A stretch of 64,000 nt of DNA from Lingula anatina (lineage: Eukaryota; Animalia; Brachiopoda): NCBI GenBank assembly GCA_051362555.1, contig CM120642.1:17918001-17982000 (forward strand), in the 5' to 3' direction. Of this stretch, positions 41,641 through 53,377 are shown piece after piece. Under the pieces are notes generated by a model, which saw only the letters and a list, made by a program, of their open reading frames with translations, had not been told where the DNA came from and ran no database searches. How positions within the stretch are numbered: the first letter of the stretch is position 1; the number at the start of each line of letters is the position of its first letter. Position numbers and translations under genes: made by a program.

Positions 41641-41790
41641 TCTTTCTGTAGATCTGGAGGCATGTTTCCCCAAAACTAATTGTTGAAACAAACTTTTTTA
41701 GCGCAAAACAGTATTTCTGTATGCTTGTGACGTCATCAAGCAAGAGGTGACGGATCGGTATTTCTGCCTTTTTATAATTTATTATTGGTT
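41641..41790 (-). promoter_or_regulatory. Candidate NSUN7 promoter and first exon
   Basis: Strong donor GA|GTGAGT at 41640. ATG at 41663 (MPPDLQKE) is phase-compatible with exon 31080. Palindromic CRE TGACGTCA at 41728-41735 and minus-strand CCAAT at 41784-41788. Confidence 0.45.
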
Positions 41791-42475
41791 GACTCAAAAA
41801 TGTTATTTTACTACTTTATGGTTGTAGTTTGCATTTTTACAAGTCCTTTAACTAAAATTACAAGAACTGCAGGTTGATATTCAATATGCTGTTAAAATAA
41901 AATCACAAGCATGAGGATTGCGTCTCGCTGAGACGTATTGCGATAGGTGAGAAAAATGAGCATTCTCACACCGGGGGCACTTCTGGTTGTGTTTGGCCAC
42001 GTAAAACGCTGTAGGCCTACCTAGAAAAACGATGTTCTTGGCATGTTAAAATGAGTAATTAAGAATTTAAAGAAGGCAATTATAGACTTGGGTCATTTTA
42101 AAAACTATAGGCAACTTATGTTTATGGCTGTAAATCATGCTTTTAAGAATATGGAAATGTTCTCAAACTCGATTTTGGCAGTTTTCTAAAAACCGTAAAA
42201 TTTGGGTAAAAGGCAGCGCATTGTTTTGCTTCGAAGCAGCAAGAAAAATGCAGCAATATTTATTTGTTCATTTGGATGGATCTGCTTAATTCAAATGACA
42301 TGATATATTTACTGAATTATTGGTAGGCTTCTTCACATTACAAATTAACATAAATGCCTTATTTTTTGGTAGACCGCCAACCACGATTATAGGGCCTACA
42401 TGTTTGGTGTGCCCAGCCATGGATTTTGGCTTGTGCCTCATTTCCTACAGATGTTTCATTCTCTTTATACAGAAC

Positions 42476-42651
42476 AGCGGCCGATTTGTGGAGGGGGTAG
42501 GCCTAAGGGTTCTCCGCCCCCCCCCCCCCCCCCCTCGATTTCTTGAAATAGGAATTTTGACCAAGAATAGGTCTAAACCGTGATAAATGGCACCGTTCAT
42601 CCTGTGAAATAACGAAACCCGCCCCGATCCCCACGGCCGGATCCGCCCCTG
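42476..42651. mobile_element. Degenerate short GC-rich MITE-like remnant
   Basis: Right end ggatccgcccctg with a poly-C core; left end decayed; a similar remnant lies at ~57033-57209. Confidence 0.4.
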
Positions 42652-43730
42652 CCATCACTGAATGACCCATTATTTAATTGTAGGTGGATAAAGAAACGCC
42701 CCTGCTTTATTCAAATATATAAATGCTGTGCTTCAGATTCGTAGCTACATTGCTTTTATTTGAAATATATATAAACAACTGAACAATAATCATGGACAGT
42801 TATGTATTTCCCCTGTTACTAGTTTGTTCACTTTAAATTAGAACTTGGGAACGTCTCAAAGCATTTTTTTTTTTTTTTTGCATGCACTACCTCCTACCAG
42901 TTTTAAATTAAAATTTAAAAAATCACGTTACAACCTTTAGAGTGTTCATTCACACTCTCATAAATAAATGCCAATTTAAATTTGCATGAAATCAAACGAG
43001 GCATCTGAACTTTTCCGTTGAAGCATTGGCGCACAGAAAGTGACATCAGAAGAAATAAAAATAATTGTGTTAGCTGTGATTCCTTTGAAATCTCTCTCGT
43101 CCACTGCTGTTTGCACATTTGACATTAATAACGGCATAAGTAATTTCTGTTCACACGAAGACAGATATGTAGGGGGGTCTATTTAAAAGAAAATGTTGAG
43201 TTCGGTTCCCGCTCTCTTCCAAAAAAGCCAACAAGGATCTTGTAGTGTCCAATAAGACGTATATAATGCTAACTCAAATTGTTATTGATATTGTTTGTTA
43301 TCAGATTGTTATTGACAATCTTAAGTTTATTACTTATTCTGTTATATTATTATGGAATATTACACAGTATACTCTTCATAATAATGTTCAATATGAAGCT
43401 TATGTTTGCAGATATAAATCCTTACAATATGAACAATGTCCAGTGAATTATTTAAATATTTTACAGTATGAAGATTTTTGTATATACAAATATGCAATCA
43501 CAAATTAAAATATGTATATCTCACTTTTCAAAATGACATTTAAGACCCGTATTTTCTAACAAGGCAGCAAAGCTGTCAAATGTACAGACAAAAAACAGAA
43601 AAAAAAAGCGCAGGAAATAGGATACTGTCAATTTTGCTGTATTAATGTATTATGCTTACTGTAACTGCATAGCCAACATCAAATTCTAATTCTGCATAAC
43701 AGTGAATTAGGATGAAAGTAAAATGTGTAA

Positions 43731-45743
43731 CAAGCATTAGACTGAGTTCCCATACCTAGATCAATCTAACAGGATCAATCCAACTCCAAGGGGTTTTTCA
43801 CTAAATTGCTTTCAGTTTAAGCGGCTTAGGATTCTGGCATGCCAGTTTCAGTAGGCGTGACAGACAGCTAAGCCACTTACATTGATTGCATTTGATTACA
43901 TTATATTGATTGCAATTCAAACTTTCAATCTAGCTGTATTAACTTGATATTAATAACCCCACCAGGTTTGAGAAAAATTAAGCACTGTTATTCATCTATA
44001 GCATGTTGGCATAACACTTTTTTTTTTTGTTGTAAATTTATTTGCAATGTTAAACACCATTTATCTGCATAATTATCACCAAATCCTAATTTTGTGACAC
44101 AGTTAAGAGAGCTAAACCTATGGGACTTTACAGGGAAATCTCAATGAGTGTTTTATGTAATCTCATTTAATGGCCAATTGAAAATTAATGAGTAGGCAAG
44201 TTACTTTATAGATCTTAATTTAATTAGTGATCACCCAAGGGACAATTTCAGAGACTGCCATCCATACAGTACCATCATATAGCACAAATGTGTTATAGGT
44301 GTTGCATACATGCTGAAAAAAGTGAAAAAACAGCATTACTTCCCTAAAAATGACCCGATCATGCTGATTTTCAAACTTGACCTGCGTATTATAAATATAC
44401 ATTTGTTCTGCAAGTTTGAAACCAAAAGGTAAAATGGTTTTCCACTTATCGTGTTATCGGTGCTGCATATATGCTGAAAAAAGTGAAAAAACAACATAAC
44501 TACCCTGAAAATGACCTGATCATGCTGATTTTCGAACTTGACCTGCGTAATATGAATATTCATTAGTTCTGGAAGTTTCAAGCCAAAAGGTAAAATGATT
44601 TTTCACTTATGTTATCAGTGTTGCATATATGCTGAATAAAGTGAAAAACAGCATAACTTCCCTAAAAATGACCCGATCATGCTGATTTTCGAACTTGACC
44701 TGCGTATTATGAATATTCAGCAGTTCTGTAAGTTTCAAGGCAAAAGGTAAAATGGTTTTCCACTTATCGTGTTATCGGTGCTGCATATATGCTGAAACAT
44801 GACAGCACTGTTCTGCAATGGGTTTACTTCCATTTTTAAAACACTTTTTTTAACATAAAACAAAATAAACAGTTTACTACCATTTGTATATGACCAACTA
44901 AGAAAATTGATGAGATGGGAAAAATATCAATAGAACAGTGTTAAATGTCCAATTTCCTCCATTCTGAGATTCTGAAGATAGTAGATGATTGAATCTGACA
45001 AACTGCAATGATATGAGTTTATTTCCATTTTTGACACTTTATTACACAATACACGATATCAAGTTTACCATCATTTTTACATAATCAACTAACAATGTCA
45101 TAAAGATGCAGGAAATGTCAAACAAACACTTTTACGTATCTTATTAGTTCAATAATGAGACTGTTAACATGCCTAACAATTGAATCTGAGGAAATGTGAA
45201 AAAACAGCATAACTTCTAAAATAATGGCCCGATTATGCTGATTTTGGAACTCAACCTGCGTTTTAGTAAGATTGACCACTTCTGTAAGTATAATGACAAT
45301 TGGCCAATCTGTTTTTCTTATATTGTGTTATCAGTGCTGCATATATGTTGAAAAAAGTGAAAAAATAGCATAACTCCCCTAAAAATGGCCCGATCATGCT
45401 GATTTTCGAAGCTGACCTGCGGATTATGAATATTCATCAGTTTTGTAAGTTTCAGGCCAAAAAGTAAAATGGTTTTCCACTTATCGTGTTATCGGTGCTG
45501 CATATATGCTGAAAAAAGTGAAAAAACAGCATAACTTCCCTACAAGTCACCCGATCATGCTGATTTTCGAACTTGACCTGCGTATTATGAATATTCATTA
45601 ATTCTGTAAGTTTCAAGCTGAAATAAAAAACAGTTTTCCACTTATCGTGTTATCGGTAAAAGTGCACGACGGCGACGACGGCGACGACGACAGACGCAGA
45701 TGATGGCTATATGTACAGACACATCTGTGTCTGTACATAAAAA
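43731..45743 (-). mobile_element. Non-autonomous Helitron/Helentron-associated (HINE-like) element with ~160-bp internal tandem repeats
   Basis: About six copies of a ~160-bp unit (44305-44797 and 45195-45657), a gacggcgac microsatellite, and a perfect terminal hairpin atgtacagacac...gtgtctgtacat (~45710-45738). The left boundary (aacaag) is tentative. Confidence 0.7.
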
Positions 45744-46321
45744 GTGAATGTCACTACAACAAATATCCTCTTACTGTTGAACAGAATTGCCTGCTATGCA
45801 CATGTAAATGCTCAAACTCACAACTCAAATTCACACTGAAGCTCAAGATAATCAGGAAACTAACCAACACATACTTGTCATGTGAAATAAAAAAAACTAG
45901 GGCTTTCACTAAATGCGTGCAAGCTAAAAAGGGACGTGCAAAATTTGTGTCATTGAAGTGACAACACTGACCATCAGCAACCAGGGTTGATGTGCATCTA
46001 TTTACCCTACTTACACACACCGAAATAGCCCTGGGCATTCAGTACCTTAATACCTGGGGCATATCTCACGAGCACACATCGGCCGCAAACATGCCTCAGA
46101 GGTGTATTTACTCCGTGCATATATTGTTATGGTTGTCCTGTGTGTAAAAAACAAAGACAAAATGGCAGGATTATAGACATCCTAAACTTGGGAGTTTACG
46201 TCCTTTGTATCTGTGGTAGAGAGGGGAATTGGCTCCTGTGAGAGGAAAAAGAACACTAGTTTGCCAATCCGTCTACACCAGATATTATATTCTAAAACAC
46301 ATCTGCTGGAGCAATTTACAA

Positions 46322-46787
46322 CTAGAAACTCACTTCGAGAGCGCAGACCTCCGCCTTGGCAGCAAATTAAGTCTCCACCCAATGCCGTTTCACCCCTATA
46401 TTTTTATTCTACAATGATCTAATTTTTATTTTTGATTATTGATTATAGATTGATTAATGCTCTGGATCACCACCAAAAAACAATCATTTGTTCCTTTGCC
46501 CACTTCTGACAGTTCCTGAAATTTCATCAAAATCAGTTCATAACTTTTGGAGTTATGTTGATGATTGATTTTTTATTTTTGATTATTGATTGATTATTGA
46601 TCCTGGTCACCACAAAAAACTAATTATCTCTTCCTTGGCCCACTTCTGACAGTTCCTGAAAATTTCATTAAAATCAGTTCAAAACTTTTTCTGTGATGTT
46701 GCAAACAGACAGACAGACAGACAGATAGACAGACAGACAGGCAAACTAACGAAACCAAAAACAAAACCTCCTTGGCGGAGGTAATAA
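46322..46787 (-). mobile_element. Short HINE/Helitron-type non-autonomous element in the NLR 3' UTR region
   Basis: CTAG terminus at 46322-46325; acctccgcc (46347-46355) is inverted to ggcggaggt (46774-46782); two ~130-bp internal repeats; (GACA)n tract; terminal hairpin acctccttggcggaggt. Confidence 0.8.
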
Positions 46788-46825
46788 ATGTGAGAAGGGG
46801 TTGAAATGAACCAAGCGAGGCAGAT

Positions 46826-48969
46826 TTAATAAGGATATAATCCACCGACGTCACATACCTCCACATATATATCAGGCTCCAGACCTGGCATTGCTGTAAG
46901 CCTTTCAGCAAGTCTTCTTTGAACTGTCTCATTCAAGCTGTTATTGGAACCAATAAATACTTGTTTAAGACAAGGGAGATTTGTGTTAGTCAATGAATCA
47001 ATAAGATGTTCAATGCTTCCCCCAAAGAAGTTATCTGAAATGCGTAAAATTTGCAGTTCTCGCCACTGTTTAAGATTATCTGAAAGAATTTTCATTGCAG
47101 GCGCCATGTCTCCATATAATCCAATATTGCAACCCATTATATTTAGAAATTTCATGTTGAAATTTCTGAGTTTAAAGAAAAACTTTTTCATGGTAGTTGA
47201 CATGCCTATTTCGCAAAGCCCCATGTGTTTATTATTCCAAGAAATGTCAAGATGTTGCAACCTAGGTATATGATGCAAGTTGTTTGTCAGTGACTTCAGT
47301 CCTACGGGTGTTATGTCAGTACTACCAAGTCCAAGTCGTTCTAAGCTAGGCAAATGCTTCAGCTGTGAGGCCAGGTTGCAAAGGGTGTCAATTAAAATTG
47401 TGTGTTTATTCGGTAAGCGACCATATAACACAACTTTACCCCCTAGACTCTTTCGTGTAACAATGAATGGGTCCGTCCCATATTCTAAGCAAGTAGTTCT
47501 TACAGATTGGGACTCCTTATTAAATTCCAAACATGTTTTGCATTCAGTCAAGACTGTGTGTGACAGATCCAGTGTAAGAAGGTTGACCATGCTCTTTGTA
47601 GACACCAGTTGGAACATATCTACCAGGTAGTGGGGGGGAGGAGAGCAATCCCTGACAATCAACGTCTCCAGAGATGGGAATGGAGGCTCAAGAGACAGAA
47701 ACAATTCCAAGTTGCTTCGATACACATCTAGATATATCAAACTTTTCATGGAACTTCCTAACAAGATCCTTGGGTTGGGATGTACACATTGGTTTTCCAA
47801 ACAACCATCTTTGTTATATTGAGTGTCTGACAGTGACAATTTCTTCAAGGAGGGAAAGATAGTATGGTACTGTAATTTGTGAATGCTGGCATCCAATATG
47901 GACGTCAAGGCAAGATGAGCGATCTGATGAGCATACTGTAATATTTTATCTGCTGCCTGGGGATAAATGCCATATAATTCAACATCAAGGAGATGATTCA
48001 GCCATTGCATGTGTTCATGGGTTACAACATGGTTGTTTGTCAACATTTCAGTTATAAGGCGTATAAACAAATGGGTACAGTCTGAAGAAAACCACTTTTC
48101 TTCAAAATGTGAAGTCATAAAATCTACACCTTTGTCTGTCAAGCTGTGCAAATGAGAAAAGATCACTGCTGCTACCTCTGGGGACAGGCCACATACAAAT
48201 TGTATGACATTTGTCATATCTTGGAACTGCTCTACAGAGTTAACATGGCCTAAAAATGTCTCAATTGGCTCTGAGTGAGACCTATCCTTACAACTTTCAA
48301 CTATGTGCTTAGCAGCAAAATATTCCTGAATGGTCTTATGAATAAACGAAAAGCTTGATTTGTGGGCCTTTGTCCTAATGCTACTAATTTTTAAACGAGA
48401 CATGATACCTGTGTGGAAAATCTGTTCCCCCAAATCCTTAATGCTTGAATTAGTTTCATCAAAGACAAGGTTACCGAAAAGAAGGCCATCAAAAGCAATT
48501 TTATTGATGATATTTTTCTTTTCTGACAGATAAGATTCTGCTGTTTCTTGATTTTCTTGACGGGCTACATATCTGTTCGAAAGTAGGCTTACAAGTTCTT
48601 GATAAAGTGCCGTGAGGGAATTGGGCATTTGTTCTGCAGTTTCTTCATCCCATAAAATGCATATAAAGAGTAAAAGTAACGGGGTAGGTGATATGGATAG
48701 ATGAAATTTCATCACATACTGCACAACTGACCCGTGGTAACCTGGATCTTTACCTGTGAAATGGTTTTGGATGAATTTGACAATTTCATCCAGGGACATG
48801 TCGTTGATTTCAACATGCGTGTCACTGGGCCTATGTTTGGACAACTCGTGTGCTTTCCATGGGCGTGAGGTGATAATTACTGTAACACTAGCAAGTACCT
48901 CCCCTTTTATCAGTTTGGATATGTTATTCTGTCGGTTGGCATGATAATATTCATCATAGCCATCTAAAA
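46826..48969 (-). CDS. NLR exon 3, 3' half: rest of NACHT, helical/winged-helix domains and LRRs
   Basis: ORF 46826..49210 from LDGYDEY onward; no stops or frameshifts over ~715 codons. Confidence 0.9.
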
Positions 48970-49182
48970 CTAGAGGATCAGAGAGGCGATACCGCCTCCG
49001 AATATTGTACCACCAGCTGGAGCAAGCGCATTCGTATAGACCCCCACATACACAAAATAAGGGGTGCAGCCACCAGTCTTGTGCTTGACAAGCTGTAAAA
49101 ATGCAATCAACAAGAATTTTCAAAATATGCAAAAAATATATATAACTAAAAATGGTGCAATCAAAGTTAAGTTCATTGTAAG

Positions 49183-50752
49183 GTAGGTCAAAGGTCAATT
49201 TCAAGGTCACAGTAAATTGCCAGTATATGACTTCCTATCCAATTTCAATAGTAACTATGGACCTATCTCTGCCAGTTTTGGAGATAAAAGGGAAGCAAAA
49301 TTTGCAAAGTTCAGTTCATGGTGAAAAGTAGGTCAAAGGTCAATTTCAAGGTCACAGTAAGATTGCCAGTATATGACTTCCTATTCAACTTCAATAGTAA
49401 CTATGGACCTATCTCTGCCAGTTTTGGAGATAAAAGGGAAGCAAAATTTGCAAAGTTCAGTTCATGGTGAAAAGTAGGTCAAAGGTCAATTTCAAGGTCA
49501 CATTTAGATTGCCAGTATATGACTTCCTATTCAACTTCAATAGTAACTATGGACCTATCTCTGCCAGTTTTGGAGATAAAAGGGAAGCAAAATTTGCAAA
49601 GTTCAGTTCATGGTGAAAAGAAGGTCAAAGGTCAATTTCAAGGTCACAGTAAAATTGCCAGTATATGACTTCCTATGCAAGTTCAATAGTAACTATGGAC
49701 CTATCTCTGCCAGTTTTGGAGATAAAAGGGAAGCAAATTTTGCAAAGTTCAGTTCAAGGTGAAAAGTAGGTCAAAGGTCAATTTCAAGGTCACAGTAAAA
49801 TTGCCAGTATATGACTTCCTATTCAAGTTCAATAGTAACTATGGACCTATCTCTGCCAGTTTTGGAGATAAAAGGGAAGCAAAATTTGCAAAGTTCAGTT
49901 CATGGTGATAAGTAGGTCAAAGGTCAATTTCAAGGTCACAGTAAGATTGCCAGTATATGACTTCCTATTCAACTTCAATAGTAACTATGGACCTATCTCT
50001 GCCAGTTTTGGAGATAAAAGGGAAGCAAAATTTGCAAAGTTCAGTTCATGGTGAAAAGTAGGTCAAAGGTCAATTTCAAGGTCACATTTAGATTGCCAGT
50101 ATATGACTTCCTATTCAACTTCAATAGTAACTATGGACCTATCTCTGCCAGTTTTGGAGATAAAAGGGAAGCAAAATTTGCAAAGTTCAGTTCATGGTGA
50201 AAAGAAGGTCAAAGGTCAATTTCAAGGTCACAGTAAAATTGCCAGTATATGACTTCCTATGCAAGTTCAATAGTAACTATGGACCTATCTCTGCCAGTTT
50301 TGGAGATAAAAGGGAAGCAAATTTTGCAAAGTTCAGTTCAAGGTGAAAAGTAGGTCAAAGGTCAATTTCAAGGTCACAGTAAAATTGCCAGTATATGACT
50401 TCCTATTCAAGTTCAATAGTAACTATGGACCTATCTCTGCCAGTTTTGGAGATAAAAGGGAAGCAAAATTTGCAAAGTTCAGTTCATGGTGATAAGTAGG
50501 TCAAAGGTCAATTTCAAGGTCACAGTAAGATTGCCAGTATATGACTTCCTATTCAACTTCAATAGTAACTATGGACCTATCTCTGCCAGTTTTGGAGATA
50601 AAAGGGAAGCAAAATTTGCAAAGTTCAGTTCATGGTGAAAAGTAGGTCAAAGGTCAATGTCAAGGTCACAGTAAGATTGCCAGTATATGACTTCCTATTC
50701 AACTTCAATAGTAACTATGGACCTATCTCTGCCAGTTTTGGAGATATAAGGG
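49183..50752 (+). repeat. 146-bp tandem satellite, ~10.7 near-identical copies, inside the Helitron
   Basis: aggtcaaaggtca anchors at 49185, 49330, 49476, 49622, 49768, 49914, 50060, 50206, 50352, 50498 and 50644. Confidence 0.97.
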
Positions 50753-50996
50753 ACTAAATGTTATAATTTTGGAGTTACCATAATGTGCCATAAATTTCCT
50801 ACAGAAAAAATTAATTAAAATAAAGAAAAGGTCATTTTGGTCAAAGTTCTTGAAATGGGAGGTTCTCTGAAGTTGCAGAAGTTTAAATTTGATAAAATAA
50901 TGTCATTTTTGACCACAAGTTGTCTGCTTTGCCAAGCATTATGTTTTATTTTTCCGGAGTTCAAAATTTATTATCCATTACCGTACTGCACATTTT

Positions 50997-51288
50997 TACG
51001 GAAGCCGACTGGTGCCATATGTTGAAAAAAAAAATTATCTCGAAATTTCGAGATAGCATTTTTTTTGTTCAAATTTCAAAATACTATCTCGAAATTTCGA
51101 GATAAATTTTTTTGCTCAAATATCAAAATGCTATCTCGAAATTTCGAGATAATTTTTTTTTTGTTCAAATTTCAAAATGCTATCTCGAAATTTCGAGATA
51201 AAAATTTTTTTTGTTCAAATTTCAAAATAGTATCTCGAAATTTCGAGATAATTTTTTTTTCTACATATGGCACCAGTGGGCTTCCGTA
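50997..51288. mobile_element. MITE with TACGG...CCGTA termini and 6-bp TSD (IS3EU-like), nested in the Helitron
   Basis: ~59-bp TIRs tacggaagccgactggtgccatatg.../...catatggcaccagtgggcttccgta; TSD catttt at 50991-50996 and 51289-51294; five copies of palindrome tatctcgaaatttcgagata (51036, 51085, 51132, 51181, 51231). The superfamily label rests on recalled termini and TSD rules. Confidence 0.85.
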
Positions 51289-52855
51289 CATTTTCCTTTC
51301 ACCACCAATATGTACTTTCTGATACAGCGTAACTCGAAAACCGTATGGAATACAAAAAAAACGAGACCACCTCCAGTGTTGGGCTTTACATGCTCTACAA
51401 AATGCAAAAAAGAATGGGTCTCTAGCATTAACGGTTCCCGAATTAGAGACAGTTTTCAGTTTCGGTATCTTATGGCCGCTACTCCTGTGAAAATGCACCG
51501 ATTGACCCCAAATTCACGGAGATGAAAGATGACCTGAAGGGTAACACTTTCCAATAATATTATTGGTTAAGTCTGTGTGGCGTCTGAATAACAGGGCAAA
51601 AAAATTTTTTTTCGTAAAAAATTTCATTTTTTTGAAAATTTTGACCCATTTGACCTTGAAGTAAAGGTCAAAGGTCAAATCCGAGGGTATATTTGAAATC
51701 TACACATATGACTTTTGGAAAGCCGTCTATAGAAATTTTTCCCGTAACTCCTGTAGGGTAGATAATTAGCATTTAATTTTGCCATTTTTAGACAAGGGTG
51801 CATTGCAATGAGTGCCACACCCAGACCCCAATACCGACAAAGCCCAAATTTTACGTGGAACGAGTTGAGATTATAGGTGACCTAAATCCATGAGATGGGT
51901 ACGGGGGCCCTTACCGTCTAGGAGGAGAAGCGGTAACGGTAACATGGCGGCGGAGCCGGCGGAACGGACCGGACGGGACCGAAACCATGTGTACCGCCAG
52001 CGCTAACGCTGGTGGTAAATTTTTTTGTTCAAATTTCAAAATAGTATCTCGAAATTTCGAGATAATTTTTTTTTCTACATATGGCACCAGTGGGCTTCCG
52101 TACATTTTCCTTTCACCACCAATATGTACTTTTTGATACAGCGTAACTCGAAAACCGTATGGAATACAAAAAAAACGAGACCACCTCCAGTGTTGGGCTT
52201 TACATGCTCTACAAAATGCAAAAAAGAATGGGTCTCTAGCATTAACGGTTCCCGAATTAGAGACAGTTTTCAGTTTCGGTATCTTATGGCCGCTACTCCT
52301 GTGAAAATGCACCGATTGACCCCAAATTCACGGAGATGAAAGATGACCTGAAGGGTAACACTTTCCAATAATATTATTGGTTAAGTCTGTGTGGTGTCTG
52401 AATAACAGGGCAAAAAATTTTTTTTTCGTAAAAAATTTCATTTTTTTGAAAATTTTGGCCCATTTGACCTTGAAGTAAAGGTCAAAGGTCAAATCCGAGG
52501 GTATATTTGAAATCTACACATATGACTTTTGGAAAGCCGTCTGTAGAAAATTTTCCCGTAACTCCTTCCGTAGGGTAGATAATTAGCATTTAATTTTGCC
52601 ATTTTTGGACAAGGGTGCATTGCAATGAGTGCCACACCCAGACCCCAATACCGACAAAGCCCAAATTTTACGTGGAACGAGTTGAGATTATAGGTGACCT
52701 AAATCCATGAGATGGGTATGGGGGGCCTTACCGTCTAGGAGGAGAAGCGGTAACGGTAGCCGTCCGGCGGAGTCGGCGGAGTCGGCGGAGCCGGCGGAAC
52801 GATCCGGACGAGACCGAAACCATGTGTACCGCCAGCGCTAACGCTGGTGGTACAA
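51201..52855 (+). repeat. ~820-bp tandem duplication of the Helitron terminus (51201-52016 and 52017-52855)
   Basis: Near-identical blocks; ORFs 51211..51525 and 52025..52339 give identical peptides; scattered SNPs and different GGCGGA microsatellites. Confidence 0.95.
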
Positions 52856-53377
52856 TTATGATAATTCTTTCAGCATAAGAATGAATGTACTTAAACAAAG
52901 CTTCATCTGATATTTCAAGAGAAGGGTCTATCAGCTGATCTTTGATTGATTCAAGCAGAGTTTGGTCTTTGTCAAGAAACCTTAACCTGATTAGAAACAG
53001 AAGTGACACGTCTTCAGTATAAGAGGTATCTTTTGTTCCCGTATTCTCGCCACTTGAACCACTAGCGCCACTTTGCATCTTAGATCTTGCCCAATCGACT
53101 GCCATTTTTGCAGCAACTGTTGATTTGCCACAGCCAGCTTTACCTCTGATAATGATTCTTTTCTTTCTGATGTGTGGCTTGAAGATATCCTGATAAGACC
53201 TAAGAGGAACCTTCTCGGGAACACACCCTTTCTTTTGTTCTTGGATGAGAGACAGATCAACAAACACGTCGTCAATGTTCATGGTGTCGGTATCATCCCA
53301 GGGGATCCGCGGCACACAGCTCATCTCACGGTTGTATCTTTCAGCCAGGTGGTTTTGAAGCAATGTCAGCTGCTCAT
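52856..53377 (-). CDS. NLR exon 3, 5' half: NACHT N-terminal part with Walker A
   Basis: IPWDDTDTMNIDDVFVDLSL, GKAGCGKST (53144-53118), KMAVDWA, LLFLIRLR; reads into transposon sequence after RIII. Confidence 0.9.

Larger units (their letters stand above)
48970..52855 (-). mobile_element. Composite non-autonomous Helitron (Helentron/HINE-like), 3886 bp
   Basis: On the minus strand it starts TT followed by a 12-bp-stem hairpin (52853-52826) and ends with a GC hairpin (gaggcg-atac-cgcctc, 48983-48998) about 10 nt before CTAG. It sits between A and T with no TSD; removing it restores ATA ATT TTA GAT GGC (I-I-L-D-G). Confidence 0.88.

Noticed and set aside
490-46422. Numerous 60-140 aa ORFs in introns, UTRs and antisense to real exons
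   Set aside because: Low-complexity AT-rich translations, often with non-ATG starts, no domains and no consistent splice structure.
48970-49210. First ~80 aa of the 794-aa ORF as the true N-terminus
   Set aside because: This is chance read-through into Helitron and satellite sequence from a non-ATG start; the real upstream coding sequence is at 52856-53377.
51036-51250. Five regularly spaced 20-bp palindromic repeats that look like a CRISPR array
   Set aside because: The spacers are near-copies of one another, the array sits within TIRs and a 6-bp TSD, the context is eukaryotic and no cas genes are present; it is MITE internal structure.
51065-52339. Duplicated 85-133 aa ORFs as tandem genes
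   Set aside because: They derive from the MITE and the duplicated non-coding Helitron arm and show no recognisable domain.
48970-52855. Idea that the Helitron is spliced out as a new intron, rescuing the NLR
   Set aside because: GT and AG do lie at the element ends, but the donors (phase 0 at 52853; phase 2 CG|GTAAGG near 52731) do not match the available acceptors (48970, 48964 and 49093, all phase 1). The only good phase-1 donor would delete Walker A. RNA data could still overturn this.
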